DNA from: an uncultured Nitrososphaeraceae archaeon
GTDB lineage: Archaea; Thermoproteota; Nitrososphaeria; Nitrososphaerales; Nitrososphaeraceae
Direction of reading: 5' to 3'
Assembly: GCA_963729045.1 (NCBI GenBank)
Contig: CAVSMN010000001.1
Location: 1-64,000, forward strand
DNA: 64,000 nucleotides
In this document: one piece after another, positions 10,495 to 22,488 of the stretch
How positions within the stretch are numbered: position 1 is the first letter of the stretch
Layout: every line of letters begins with the position of its first letter
Notes under the pieces: model-generated
Seen by the model: only the letters and a program-made list of their open reading frames with translations
The model's database searches: none
What the model was told of the DNA's origin: nothing
Made by a program: the position numbers and the translations under genes

Positions 10495-10834
10495 TTATTT
10501 TATACCGCATCACAGATAAGGCTATTTCTAATATTTGAAACAAGTCAAGTTCTGTAAACAAGTTCTGTAAATACCGACTCGCGGTTTCATCAGGGGTAAC
10601 TATGATATTATTTGACGACTAAATCCTTTTTGCAGTTATATCCAGCCTATTATACATCTCTGATCTACTTTAGTGGAACTAGGTATGGTGGTATAAAGAG
10701 ACGATTTTATGAGATTGTTTATCCTAGAATATCAGAAAAAGCAAATTCTAAATACACGCTACCATAAATAATACATCCTCATCTCATAGGTATTTTCATG
10801 TAGAAATGATTATTCAGATTGAGGTGGAATCGCG

Positions 10835-12096
10835 TTAGCTTTTCGAAATCAACTCAGAAGCACGTTTTGCGCTCGCAACTGAGGCATTGGATAATAAGCC
10901 TTCTTTGCCCACCCAGTCACCTACAACGTATAGATTTTCTGCAATCCTTGTATCCGGCCTTCCAGCTAATCCGCCATCAGAAGCCGAAACTCCGGCATTG
11001 CATACTACCATATTGGGTAGTGGTCTTTTCTTGATAACGACTTCTCTCCACCCAGGCTGAAGGAAATCGAGGAATTGCTCTAACTCAGGTTGATCTTCTC
11101 TTGGCTTTGGTGCAATAGAAGTACCAAGATATTTTGCAACGTGGATTAATGCCCCACCTTCAGGAGCAAGATCCGCATACTTAGAATGAACTGAAAAATA
11201 TAGTGGCTGATCTACCCCAATAGCAAACGTTGTGTCTTTGTCCGGCAGACTGCTAAGAGCAACATCTAGACAAACTAGGCGTATGGGCTTTGATTCTTGT
11301 GCAGCCTTGACCAATACATCTGGCCTTTCGTTCTCATCAAAAAGGTTAAACGCATCAATGGGACCTACTGCAATCACAACTATTTTTGCAGAAACTTCTG
11401 TTTTGTTAGACAACAAAATTTGCCAACCCGATGAATCCGTCTTTTTCAACTTGGTTACCTTTTCTCCCAAGATAATTCTCACGCCTGCATTTTTGGCTGC
11501 TGTTACCAGCCCATCAACGAGAGTTTGCCATCCGTGATCTAAATACATATATGCCTGCTTGACTTCCCACATAGATTTGGTGAGGTACAGATCCTATGCT
11601 CTGAATATCAGGATCGTTACCATAAGTGTTTAGCCTTATGAGAGCCTTGATTATTTCAGAGTCATTTGAGTCATGTATATTTTTGTCTAGCCATTCTTGT
11701 ACCGATACTCTTTCTAATTGTGAAAAATCCATATTGGTAGGTGACTTGAAGAATTGACTTCCATCTTTTCCCGTTAACCCTAAATTACTGTCAATTTCTT
11801 GTTTCTTACCTCCTATAATTAGATAACCTTTTCCTGCAGCAATTTCTCCGGTATAAGATATCCCTATTTCCTTTAAAATCGAGTCATTTGCGTCGTTTAT
11901 ACAAAGTGCATGCGGGCCTTGATTAAAGTAAAAACCATCTATTTCGGTAGTCCTTGCACGGCCTCCGATTTCTCTAGATGAATGCTCATACAAAGTTACT
12001 GTTTTTCCAGCTGCGTCCAAGCAGTGCTGCAGTGGTAAGTCCTGCTAGCCCTCCTCCAACAATAATGACGTCCGAACTTTCAATTGCATTTGACAT
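10835..12096 (-). pseudogene. FAD-dependent oxidoreductase (phytoene dehydrogenase/amine oxidase-like), split by two frameshifts
   Basis: ATG at 12096 gives DVIIVGGGLAGLTTAA. The next piece has IGGRART..GFYFNQGPHAL and the last has GWQTLVDGL...LYVVGDWVG. The breaks may be sequencing artefacts. Confidence 0.8.
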
Positions 12097-12266
12097 AATA
12101 TGGAGTTATATCTAAAGACGTGTTGTTAAGGCTTTTCCTAAGCATTCGGCTTTGACTTTTGAATTTTTGATCAATATAGGGTATCGAAAAATGCTATTGG
12201 TCATTGGTCATCCTGTTACCTTTATTTGTGACTATTACTCTTTGTTACTATTCTCCAATACTTGAA

Positions 12267-12593
12267 TTATTTGTAATCAATGATTTTTTTAAGTAGTATA
12301 TTATTGCCTTCCACCTTCACTTCATATGATGGAACTGGTTGCAGAGCTGGAGGCTTTGTTGGATTCCCTGTCCTAACATCAAACTTAGATCCATGCCAAG
12401 GACATTCTACATCGTATCCTTCAAGCGTGCCTTCATTTAGTGGTCCCCCAAGATGAGTACATACATTCCCAATTGCAAAGTAGTTTCCCTCAATATTAAC
12501 AATACACACTCTCTCACCTGCTAGGTCGTAAGCTTTCATTGTAGATGGTTGAATGTCGTTTGTTTTGGCAACTCCTACAAAGTCTTCACTCAA
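12267..12593 (-). CDS. Rieske [2Fe-2S] ferredoxin
   Basis: CTH...CPWHGSKFD Rieske motifs. Confidence 0.95.
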   Translation of the reverse strand: MSEDFVGVAKTNDIQPSTMKAYDLAGERVCIVNIEGNYFAIGNVCTHLGGPLNEGTLEGYDVECPWHGSKFDVRTGNPTKPPALQPVPSYEVKVEGNNILLKKIIDYK

Positions 12594-12848
12594 ATCTGAT
12601 TCCTCTCATACAGTTACGCTAGGAACCCAATGCTTTATAGATTTCCTAATACATTTTAAAAGAAAAAAAGATAAACAATTGTGTTATTCGCAGTAACCAC
12701 CTTGGTATTTTCAGTTATATATTTTGGAGGTAATTCTTTTACGTCTCCATAGACTAAAGGGCCATCCGTTTCTTTTTTCTAGTATGTGTACTAAGGTGTA
12801 GTAAAGGCTGTTGATTGTATATTTAACTGACTGTAACAATCTTCAAAT

Positions 12849-13008
12849 CATAAATTAAGTTGGTTCTTTATCAGGTTTTCAAACTCTGTCGGATAAATTT
12901 CTTCTTGATTCCAGGGATATTACGGCGTCTTTCCCAACTGGATATCGAAAATCAGGGTTATTGGTTGTAGTTGCTTGTACAATCACCTTTGCAACTTTAG
13001 ATGGATGC
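12849..13008 (-). pseudogene. C-terminal remnant of an SDR-family oxidoreductase
   Basis: Manual translation PSKVAKVIVQATTTNNPDFRYPVGKDA...RRNLSD/EFENLIKNQLNL* resembles SDR C-termini. Confidence 0.55.
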
Positions 13009-13176
13009 TATTATTCACAAGAAACTATTTGATTACTTGTAAAAATAAAAGATAGTTCCTAGATTGCAAATGGTGAATTGTCTCGCTCCAATGCTGCCAG
13101 ACGTCCCTTCCAACCTCCTGGACGATGTGCAACCTACACTTCGTATACACCACGGCGTCCGGCCAGAATAGGATCA

Positions 13177-13254
13177 TCAGATGCTTCGACCTTTACCCCA
13201 GTCTTTGTTATAGATTTGAGTGCTGTCTTTAGTTGCAATGGTGTTTGAATTCAA
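13177..13254 (-). pseudogene. N-terminal remnant of a non-heme chloroperoxidase-type alpha/beta hydrolase
   Basis: MNSNTIATKDSTQIYNKDWGKG matches the typical TITTKDGTQIYYKDWG start, followed by a stop. Confidence 0.6.
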
Positions 13255-13283
13255 ATTACACGTTCCTCATCCTTTCAAGTTTG

Positions 13284-14127
13284 CTACTTTGTAGCTCCTC
13301 CTGCTGCATCTAGTATTAACTTTGCAACCTCATCTGGATGTGATAACGGTGATGCATGGCTAGAGTTGATAGATTGAACAGTGGCATTGATTTGCTTTGC
13401 GAACAAATGCTGAGCATCCGGTGGTACAGATGCGGTCATTCTCAGACACTCCATACCATGTAGGAAGCTGTTTCCAGGCCGGTGGGCCAGATTTTTCAGT
13501 AGAGATAGTCTGATTATACGGCTTTTGTACCGCAGCAATAACTTTGACTTCGGCCGGATCAATGTCTTGAGCAAGTACTTGGCCAAACATATCAGGATTA
13601 ACATAGACAAATCCACCGCTATCGACTAATGCAAATCCCTTTGGAAGCTTCGAAGGATCGACAAAATCACCTAGCGATTGGCCCTCATTAGGAGCAAAAG
13701 CAGAAAGGTAAACAAGTCCCGTGACGTTGGGATTATTATAAGCAGCATTACTTATCACAAATCCGCCATAGGAATGACCTACAAGTATTACTGGTCCACC
13801 AACAAGGCCAAATTCTCGTTTTACCGTATCAACATCATCTGCTAGAGAATGAAGCGGTAGTTGTGCTGCTACGACTTTATGTCCAGCGTTCTGTAGAATA
13901 GGAATCACCTTGTTCCAGAAAGATCCATCAACCGCGGTTCCATGGACCAAAACTATGTTCGCATTTGTATTATTTGTGGCGATACTTTATGGTCCGCCTG
14001 TCTCATTGTTTTGCTGCTGAGCGTTAACTAATCCCCAGTATGTCGTAGTTACTGTAAGACTTACAGCAACCATGATGCCTACATATAATAAGCATAAAAA
14101 TTTGATCTGGTGTGTAAACTTTTTCAT
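13284..14127 (-). pseudogene. Secreted alpha/beta hydrolase (esterase-like), two frameshifts
   Basis: Signal peptide from ATG 14127, then NIVLVHG, the GHSYGG nucleophile elbow and the C-terminal SSHASPLSHPDEVA, in three frames. Confidence 0.8.
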
Positions 14128-14407
14128 ATTAAGTGAGGTTAGGAAACAAAATCTTCTATATAAGATTTTTATATACAAATAATATAGAAAATGAGTATAC
14201 GAAATGATTTTTACAGTAACATAGTTCAACAGGTAACAGGTTTGTACAATCAATGCATACCCGGATCTGTGCTATTCGCGTTTGCAAGTCCGTACTACTG
14301 AATCTATGGAAGTTGCACTGTATTTAGTAATAATGATTCAATGAATTCGATATACTACTACAGAGGTAATCATAGTTGCTTATATCACAGTGATCTCCGG
14401 TTATGCT

Positions 14408-14715
14408 ACTTATTACCTTCTTTTGTTGATGGTAGTATCAAGTCAGCGGTTTGATCTGGATGAGACACAAAAGATACATGACTAGAGTTAATCGAAACAG
14501 TAATGGCATTAATCTGTTTTGCGAATTGCTGTTCTGCTGCGGGTGGAATCATCTGATCGGCTTCAGAAACCTGATATCATGAAGGCTGTTCCTTCTAAGC
14601 AGGAGGTCCCGATTTTTCGTTCAGAATTAGCTTGATCGGCTTCTGGTACTGCAGCCATAGGGTTAGCTTCAGTAACATTCACATCGTGAGCAAATCCATC
14701 ATGGAAAATTGATGG
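14408..14715 (-). pseudogene. Degraded C-terminal half of a paralogous alpha/beta hydrolase
   Basis: FHDGFAHDV...KSGPPA*KEQPS*YQVSEADQMIPPAAEQQFAKQINA...SSHVSFVSHPDQ, with Trp codons replaced by stops. Confidence 0.75.
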
Positions 14716-15025
14716 ATATAGTTATGCTTATTGGCTTGTATATGACAACTTGTTCAATCATTAATGCGTTTGAAATATCGATTCCTGAAATAAGCTTGGA
14801 CAAATAATGAATTCACATTTTCAATGAAAGTATACTAAGTAAATTTTTTCTACTTTGAAGGTTGTTTATTAAATTGATAGTAGCGTAGTTCTACCTATAA
14901 AGCGTATTAATTATCCGCTAATCATGATCATAATCATTATCATAACTGATAGTTATATTAGGAAATAAAATAAAAAAATTATATAAAAAGGGGACCTAAA
15001 GAAATTAGGGTAATTGGGTTAGACT

Positions 15026-16192
15026 TCATATTTTGAATATACGGTGATGAGGATGATATCTTAGATCAATAATAATTTGAATAATGCACACAATAGATAT
15101 AGCAAGTAATAAGGTAATGGGTAATACCTTTACATCCAAAACTGCGATCATAATTACTATGAAGGCAGAGATAAATCTATAGAAAAGCCATTTTAACCCA
15201 ATCTTTCTTGAAGAATTTGCTTCAAAGGTTACAAGATGAAGAAACCCCATGGAAAAGAGACATAGCGAAACAGAACCACATATCAACCATAATTCTGAAA
15301 ATGGAATAGAAAGATTTTGATCGGCCTTAATTACATGAGCTATGCCATCGCCCATAGCAGCAATACCAATCAGTAATGGAAAGTGTAAGTAAAGCCAGGA
15401 CAAATAGATGCCTATTCTGTTATTTACCCTAAGGGCTCGTATAGCAGAACCATCTACAGTATCAAAGTAGATCCACCAAAGACCAAATGCAATAGTTATT
15501 CCTGTTCCCATACCTAATACGGTTGGAATAGACCATTCTAGTGGGGATAAATTAAAAACTAATCCAAATATTGTTTCTCCTAGAACTATTATAACAAATA
15601 ATCCCATTCGTTGAGATAAGTGAAATGCATTAGGAGGCAGGTTTACATATTTTCTGGTTATAGATATTGTTACTATAATATCTATAATTACTGCTAATAT
15701 CCAAACTATGAAACGTAATGGCTCAGGAACAAATAGAGAAACTAACCACAAAAAGGTAGTACAAGAAAAACCAATGCTATATTTACTTGTAAGCGGACGA
15801 GCCTCAGTTATTTTTTTCCCTGTTCTTATATATTCTAGTATTAGAAAAGACCTGATTGCTACATAAGAAATTATAAAACCCATGGAAGTTTCATCAAAGG
15901 CCTGATTTGAATTTACGGCTAGAGATACTGCTCCAGCCATCTGCAAGAGGACTAATATCCTATGAACGAGATCATCTACATCAAACCTCGTGGCATAGAA
16001 TGTTGCCCCTGTCCAAGCCCAGCATACGATTACAAATAGCATTACATATTCAACAAAACCTTGTATGGATAAATCATGACTTAGATTTTGACCTAATTGA
16101 GCAATTGCAGCAGCATATACCAAATCATAAAATAGTTCTAACCAGCTAACATGTCGTTCCTCCTCCTCCTTTTTCCCTTTTTCTTGGTCCAT
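15026..16192 (-). CDS. ltrA: Low temperature requirement protein A family membrane protein
   Basis: RHVSWLELFYDLV, RFDVDD and HLSQRMGLFVIIVLGE motifs, with multiple TMs. Confidence 0.9.
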   Translation of the reverse strand: MDQEKGKKEEEERHVSWLELFYDLVYAAAIAQLGQNLSHDLSIQGFVEYVMLFVIVCWAWTGATFYATRFDVDDLVHRILVLLQMAGAVSLAVNSNQAFDETSMGFIISYVAIRSFLILEYIRTGKKITEARPLTSKYSIGFSCTTFLWLVSLFVPEPLRFIVWILAVIIDIIVTISITRKYVNLPPNAFHLSQRMGLFVIIVLGETIFGLVFNLSPLEWSIPTVLGMGTGITIAFGLWWIYFDTVDGSAIRALRVNNRIGIYLSWLYLHFPLLIGIAAMGDGIAHVIKADQNLSIPFSELWLICGSVSLCLFSMGFLHLVTFEANSSRKIGLKWLFYRFISAFIVIMIAVLDVKVLPITLLLAISIVCIIQIIIDLRYHPHHRIFKI

Positions 16193-16328
16193 TTCTAATT
16201 TTAATTGATTAGTATATTACTATTTGACATAACGATATGATATTCGACCCATCTTTTGTGAAAAATGTTGTATATTTAGGAATAATAAGAAAATAAGTCT
16301 CCGTCATGGTGTCTTGCCTAATCTATTT

Positions 16329-18002
16329 TCATTCCTGAAGTACTTTATGAATAAATGAGATCGCAACTGATCCTTCTCCCACCGCGGATGCAACTCGCTT
16401 GATACTGCCAGCACGCACATCACCCACAGCAAAAATTCCAGGTAAACTGGTTTCAAATGAGTATGGCTGACGGGCAATGGGCCAACCTATAGTACTCAGA
16501 TATTCTGGTGACAGATCAGCACCGGTCTTGATAAAGCCTTTAGAGTCAAGAGCAATACAGCCATCAAGCCATGAAGTGTTTGGAGCAGCACCTGCCATAA
16601 CAAATACATTACTAATTTGATGCTTCTCTATCTCCTTAGTTATGCTGTTTTGCCACTGTACAGATTCGAGGTGAATATCACCCTCGAGTGTTATGATCTC
16701 TGTGTGCGTATGTAATTCAATCTTGGAATTATCTTCGATCCGACGGATAAGGTAGCGTGACATGCTTTCTGCCAAGCCGGCAGATCTAATGAGTACGTGT
16801 ACACACTTTGCCGACTCAGCCAAGAAGACAGCAGCCTGGCCAGCCGAGTTTCCTCCGCCAACAACAATTACTTCGTCCCCTTTACATAACTGTGATTCCA
16901 AAAAGGTTGCTCCGTAGTAAACACCCATACCTTCAAAACGTTGCAAGTTTTCTAATTGCGGTCTCCGATACTCAGCACCCGTTGCAATTATGACTGTACG
17001 TGTAGGTATTTTGGATCCATCCTCATTTTCAACTATGTAGGGTTTGCCGCCACAGGAAAGTCGTAACCCTTTGGTGATGAGTATCTCCGCACCAAACTTT
17101 TGTGCTTGGGTGTAGGCTCTACCTGCAAGATCCTGACCTGATATACCAGTTGGAAATCCCAAGTAATTTTCGATTCTTGAACTTGAACCAGCCTGTCCGC
17201 CCGGCGAGCTAGTTTCCATCACCAAAACATCTAGTCCTTCAGACGCCCCATATACTGCCGCAGCTAACCCAGAGGGACCGGCACCGATGATAACGAGATC
17301 TCTCACTGTGGTTTGGTTAATTATTTCATTAAAGCCCAAGCAATTAGCGATTTGCTGGTTATTGGGATTTCGGAGCACAAACTTACCTTGGCATATAAGA
17401 ACAGGTATATCGTTGACCAAAATATGGAAATTATCCAATAGTTGTTGTACCTCTGAATCGCTTTCAAGGTCTATGTAGTTGTATGGATGTCCGTTGCGCA
17501 TGAGAAACTCTTTGATCTGAAACGTGCGTGCTGAATTGGATGAACCAATGAGCACAACGTCTCCAACTCCAGCCGCCACCAATTCTACTCGGCGGAGAAT
17601 GAAAGCCCGCATCAAGATATCGCTTATCTCAGCGTCGCTTTGAAGCAAAGCCATCATGTTTTGACGATCCATTTCAATTACGTTACCTGATTTTGTTACA
17701 CGTGCACGAAAGAGAGCCCGACGTCCAGAGAGCATGTTGATCTCTCCTGTAAACTGACCTGGGCCATGTACGGTAATAAGGGTCTCAATGTCACCAGAAG
17801 GACGAAGAATCTCGATTTCGCCCGATATTACTACAAAGAAAGGAACGTTACTATATCCCTGCTCGACTAGGACTTCTCCGAGTTTTACTGCACGCATGTG
17901 ACCATGCTCTTGCATTCGACTAATCTGTTCATCGGTTAATTTAGGAAATATTCGCTCTATATGAGATCTAGTTAACGGAAGTCCCCCAGGATTATCGCTC
18001 AT
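16329..18002 (-). CDS. cNMP-binding domain / thioredoxin-reductase-like FAD oxidoreductase
   Basis: N-terminal CAP-like domain (FFVVISGEIEI...GQFTGE), then GAGPSG, GGQAGSSSRIENYLGFP, GGGNSAGQ and GDVRAGSIKRVASAVGEG. Confidence 0.92.
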   Translation of the reverse strand: MSDNPGGLPLTRSHIERIFPKLTDEQISRMQEHGHMRAVKLGEVLVEQGYSNVPFFVVISGEIEILRPSGDIETLITVHGPGQFTGEINMLSGRRALFRARVTKSGNVIEMDRQNMMALLQSDAEISDILMRAFILRRVELVAAGVGDVVLIGSSNSARTFQIKEFLMRNGHPYNYIDLESDSEVQQLLDNFHILVNDIPVLICQGKFVLRNPNNQQIANCLGFNEIINQTTVRDLVIIGAGPSGLAAAVYGASEGLDVLVMETSSPGGQAGSSSRIENYLGFPTGISGQDLAGRAYTQAQKFGAEILITKGLRLSCGGKPYIVENEDGSKIPTRTVIIATGAEYRRPQLENLQRFEGMGVYYGATFLESQLCKGDEVIVVGGGNSAGQAAVFLAESAKCVHVLIRSAGLAESMSRYLIRRIEDNSKIELHTHTEIITLEGDIHLESVQWQNSITKEIEKHQISNVFVMAGAAPNTSWLDGCIALDSKGFIKTGADLSPEYLSTIGWPIARQPYSFETSLPGIFAVGDVRAGSIKRVASAVGEGSVAISFIHKVLQE

Positions 18003-19271
18003 AGAGCCATTTCCATCCGCCTTATTGTTTGGCTCTTCAATGAGTAAGTCAAGAATCTAAGGATAACAATAAAAGAAAATGACCTAAAGACATTTTTGGA
18101 TGACGAGATAGCATAAAATAGAATAGTTATTTTCAATTTTCTTATCATCTATAGACAAATAGTAGTTATTATTTATCATTATCGATGAAATTTATTAATT
18201 GCCCATAATTTTTATTGATATTTTAAATAATATTAAAATACATTATAAATTATTATGTAATACTGCCATCATTTTTGAAATGACACAACTTATCTATTAA
18301 CCTATAACACAAGACTTTCCTTATCATACTAGTAGACTATAACAGCACTCATCCATATTCCTTTTATTCATTTTGAATACTTTCAAAATTATTATACCAA
18401 TTCCCATTCTTAATGCGGTCAACGTGCATTAGAATATCGTAATTAGAACACGAAACCACACACTTCTAAAGTCGGAAATCAGGTTTAACTTTCATGGCAG
18501 GAAGGTTTAACAAGTTTTGAATACAAGATTGTCATATCATGAATTATCATTGTGGAATCCTTTACGCAAATTATGCTTATTCCATAACAGGACACCAGTA
18601 GTAGTCCACTATTATGCGTGAGGAAATTCATCTATTCTAAAAGTTTGAGATATATGATCTATTGTCAAAATATACAACTACCTTATATTCGAACTGGACA
18701 TGATTATACACACAGGCATATTTGATTTCGCATGAAAAGTAAAGGCTACAATCATGTCATAAGTGTAATAGTAATGTGGGGATGTTAATACCAACATTCC
18801 GATAAACTTGACGACGGTTTACGACATTATGATACACAAAAGCATGAGAAAGTTACACAAGGTGGACTTCCAATTGATGCCTTTATCTTTGATAGAAATA
18901 ACTGGTTTATTTCGGTCCAACAATTCACAAATATTCAATACTTAGTGTTGGTAGTTATGCCATGTACTTTCTTTAAAATTGTTGGAAAGATTATTTATTG
19001 TGAATCTTTTTCTTGAAATATTTATTGATTGCAATTCCACTACATACTTTTTTCCAATTGAACGAAATCTTTTGTTGCAAATAACGTTTCTATAATTAAT
19101 CACATCAAAGTGATTCCATATTATTTAATATTTTGCCATATGAATCATTTATCTGCATAGTAACTAAGAGATACAAGATATCTACCTAATAATGTGTTAC
19201 TCAATGATAATCGGATTTTAATCAAGTAATTTTTCACAATTCATAAGTATATTAGGAAATTACTCACTGTA

Positions 19272-19520
19272 ATGAAACAAATAAACAACAAATTAATAAT
19301 CCTTTTAATAGGAATCTTGTCAATTAGCTTGATAACGACGGGCCTCACAAATAATGTATACTCTATAAAAGAAAACAATGCCGTCCAATCTTTGAGTCAA
19401 TTATCCTTCTCCAATCAAACAGCAGTTTGTGAATCAGAAAATGATACTGCCCTATCGTGCAATAATGTTGTCCTTGAATTCAATGGCAATGAAGGAAATA
19501 ACGCCGCCGGACAAGAGTAA
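19272..19520 (+). CDS. Small secreted protein with a Cys pair
   Basis: Signal peptide, then C..SCNN...NEGNNAAGQ. Confidence 0.65.
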   Translation: MKQINNKLIILLIGILSISLITTGLTNNVYSIKENNAVQSLSQLSFSNQTAVCESENDTALSCNNVVLEFNGNEGNNAAGQE

Positions 19521-19722
19521 AACTAATAATACATTGTCTTTTTTTGTTTTCTAGTTCATTTCTAAATTTATATCCCTTGTCGGGTTATTTGTCAATGACT
19601 TTGGACTGAGGACGCCATGTGAATAAGAAATAATAAGGACAGAGAACAGTTGATTCCTCACGTAGTAATTATAGGATTTAAATAATAGGATAGTTTTTTA
19701 GTATGTTATAGATAATGTTTTC

Positions 19723-20247
19723 ATGCGTGTCAATGGAGATGAGAATATTCACAAAGTTTTGTTAATACTCAGACATGCAAAATCCAGTTGGAAGGATAAA
19801 AAAGTGGATGATCACGACAGACCACTTAACAATAGAGGCAGAAGAGAGGCCATCAAAATGGGAGAGCACCTAAAAAAAATGAACATATTTCCGGATACTA
19901 TCATAACCTCTTCAGCGCTTAGAGCTATTGAAACTACTAAATACCTGTGTAGATATTCTGGCTATAATAATCTCGTTGAAGTCAATTTTTCATTGCACCG
20001 AGGTGGTATTGACGCTTACATAAATGCACTAGCTACTGTATCAAATGACAAACAAAAATTACTGATCGTTGGACACAATCCCGATCTAGAAGAATTAGCA
20101 GGCATTCTAATCAACAGAAAAATAAGGATACCAACCTGCACACTCGTTCAATTGAAATTAAGTATTGAAAATTGGAAATTTATCGATCTGCATTGTAATT
20201 TTAGATCTGAACTTGTAGATATTTGGAGACCTAAAAAAATTGAATAA
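19723..20247 (+). CDS. sixA: SixA-like phosphohistidine phosphatase
   Basis: LRHAKSSW, DHDRPL, SSALRA.ET and VGHNP motifs. Confidence 0.9.
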   Translation: MRVNGDENIHKVLLILRHAKSSWKDKKVDDHDRPLNNRGRREAIKMGEHLKKMNIFPDTIITSSALRAIETTKYLCRYSGYNNLVEVNFSLHRGGIDAYINALATVSNDKQKLLIVGHNPDLEELAGILINRKIRIPTCTLVQLKLSIENWKFIDLHCNFRSELVDIWRPKKIE

Positions 20248-20496
20248 TGATTTAAGCATATTAGGTTCTTGCCAACACGCCGAAATGGAAAACAAAGTAT
20301 AGAAATTATGTGAATTTTTAGTCTTGTTTATATATCGCTTTTGAGAATAAATGGATGACGATTGCTCAATTCATCATCCTATCCTTTTGATAACTAGCAT
20401 ATTTACGGTAGTCTACTTATCAACTTTCAGATGAGATACAAGTCTCTTAGTTAGGTATATAATACTTAAAATAGTATAATAATAGTATAGTATTGT

Positions 20497-21397
20497 ATGT
20501 TAGAATATTACTATATCCATTTTGATGTTAATACATATGCTGATAACTGTACTCAAAATATTAAAAGGGTTTATACAAAATTAGACAAGTATTTAGAAAA
20601 TCCAACTGAAGATAACATTCACCATATGCGAACATCACTACGAAGACTCCAAGCGACCTACCAGTCAAGTCCTAAACAAATTCGAAAAAAAAAGAAAATC
20701 AAAGAGTTTGCTAGTGTAGGTAAAAGACTTTTCAAAATTAATAGTAATATACGAGATATTGATATAATTCTCGAAAAGTTGGCTAAGGAAGGCAAAATGC
20801 CTGAACAGCAATTAGAATATTATGAGAACCCCTTAGTCCAGGACAGAGAAAATCAACTTGAAGAAGCTAGAACAATTGCTTTAGATTTAAGAGAAATAGT
20901 TGTCCCCAGTTTATACGACAAAAATAAGACTGATAAGAATTTTGAAGGGAATTCAATAAAAAGATTAGCAAAAATCTCTCAGAAAATTAAAGAATAGAAT
21001 AGAAACGAGGATCCCAATCGTAATCGGCGACGATAGTAAAATCACAGAGTTACATGAACTAAGAAAAGATTCAAAGAAATTGCGCTATTTAATCGAACTT
21101 GTAATAAATAAAGAGGAGAATGATACTAGTAAAGGGAATACAAATGATGACACAAATGTATTAATTGACAATAATAATCACAAGATCCTCGAACATCTTG
21201 AAAAAATTCAAGGAATGCTTGGCGATATCCACGACTATGATATTGCCATTGATTATTTGAGGCAACACCAAGCATCCAATAATCCACTAATTACAAGTAC
21301 AATAACAAATATTATGAAGATACGAAAGGAAAAATTTAATGATTTCGTTAATTATGGCAAATCTACAAGAACATTGGTGGTAAATGGTGGCTTATAA
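20497..21397 (+). CDS. CHAD-domain (polyphosphate-binding) protein, 1-nt frameshift near 20975
   Basis: IHHMRTSLRRL and IRDIDI in the first frame. After a +1 shift come LHELRKDSKKLRY and QGMLGDIHDYD. Confidence 0.88.
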
Positions 21398-22488
21398 TAG
21401 TCTAACATAAACAATTAAGTAATATTATGAACCTAGCAAGAAGAAATGGAAAGACAAGAATACTAATTCTTTCTATGATATTATATAAAATGTATATGTC
21501 ATCTTTCTATAATTAATCTAAACTTGAGAGTGAGTGGTGAATCTTATTGGGGAAGACATGATTGGACAAGAATCAAACATGATCCCTTGCAAAGGAATCA
21601 CTTGTCTTTCGCCTCGTAAAGTAACAAAACAATTTATCGAAATTATTAATATTTGGATCGGCGTGTAAGAATAAGATAGATTTTAATATTATCTTGTTAT
21701 TTTTAGGAAATAAATAACATTATACAAATATACCTTCGTATAATGACTATTAGGGTACGATCAAAAACTATGATTAAGGAAGATCAAATCCATTCTACAA
21801 ACTGGATACAATTGCATTTCGGGTGATCACATAAAAGACTATTATTTTGTTTTCCCACGTTATATCGATGATTAAATCTTTGATGAAAGCAACCCATGCA
21901 TAATTTTCCTTCCTCTGGATATAAATTTGTGCTCTTGTTCACCATGAATTAGCTATCTCGATAAAGGATTTAACGATTGTCCTAATAGTTACTATGTACA
22001 TTATAGAGATATGCTTACAACGGAGGATGAAATAACTATTGTAGCAAACTAGAAATCAAAATCGTTAGTTGTAAATTAAAGTATAAAAGTGGATTTGATA
22101 CGAGAAAAAAATGACGGTAAATTTCATCGCCATAAAGAGAAAATAGAATCATCTATATTCATTCTAGAATTTCAAAATTATGATTGATTTCGTTGATTGG
22201 TACATATTCATAATAAAGGAGCATAATAAAATAACAATCACAAGAATCAGCTTCGTATCTCTTCAAAATCGAATGGAATTAATAATATAAATTAGCATCG
22301 TCCAGATAAATCCGTCTTTTTCGTTGTACAAAGTTTATCTTATTTGAAGGCATTTCATCCATTCGATTGTTTAATAAGCATCATGGAAAACCATATCATA
22401 AATTATCTAACAAGTCTGTAGATTAATTGATTGTTATAATTATTTCCACGACAAAGAACAGATACTCAAAATGTCCTCAATTCTACAA

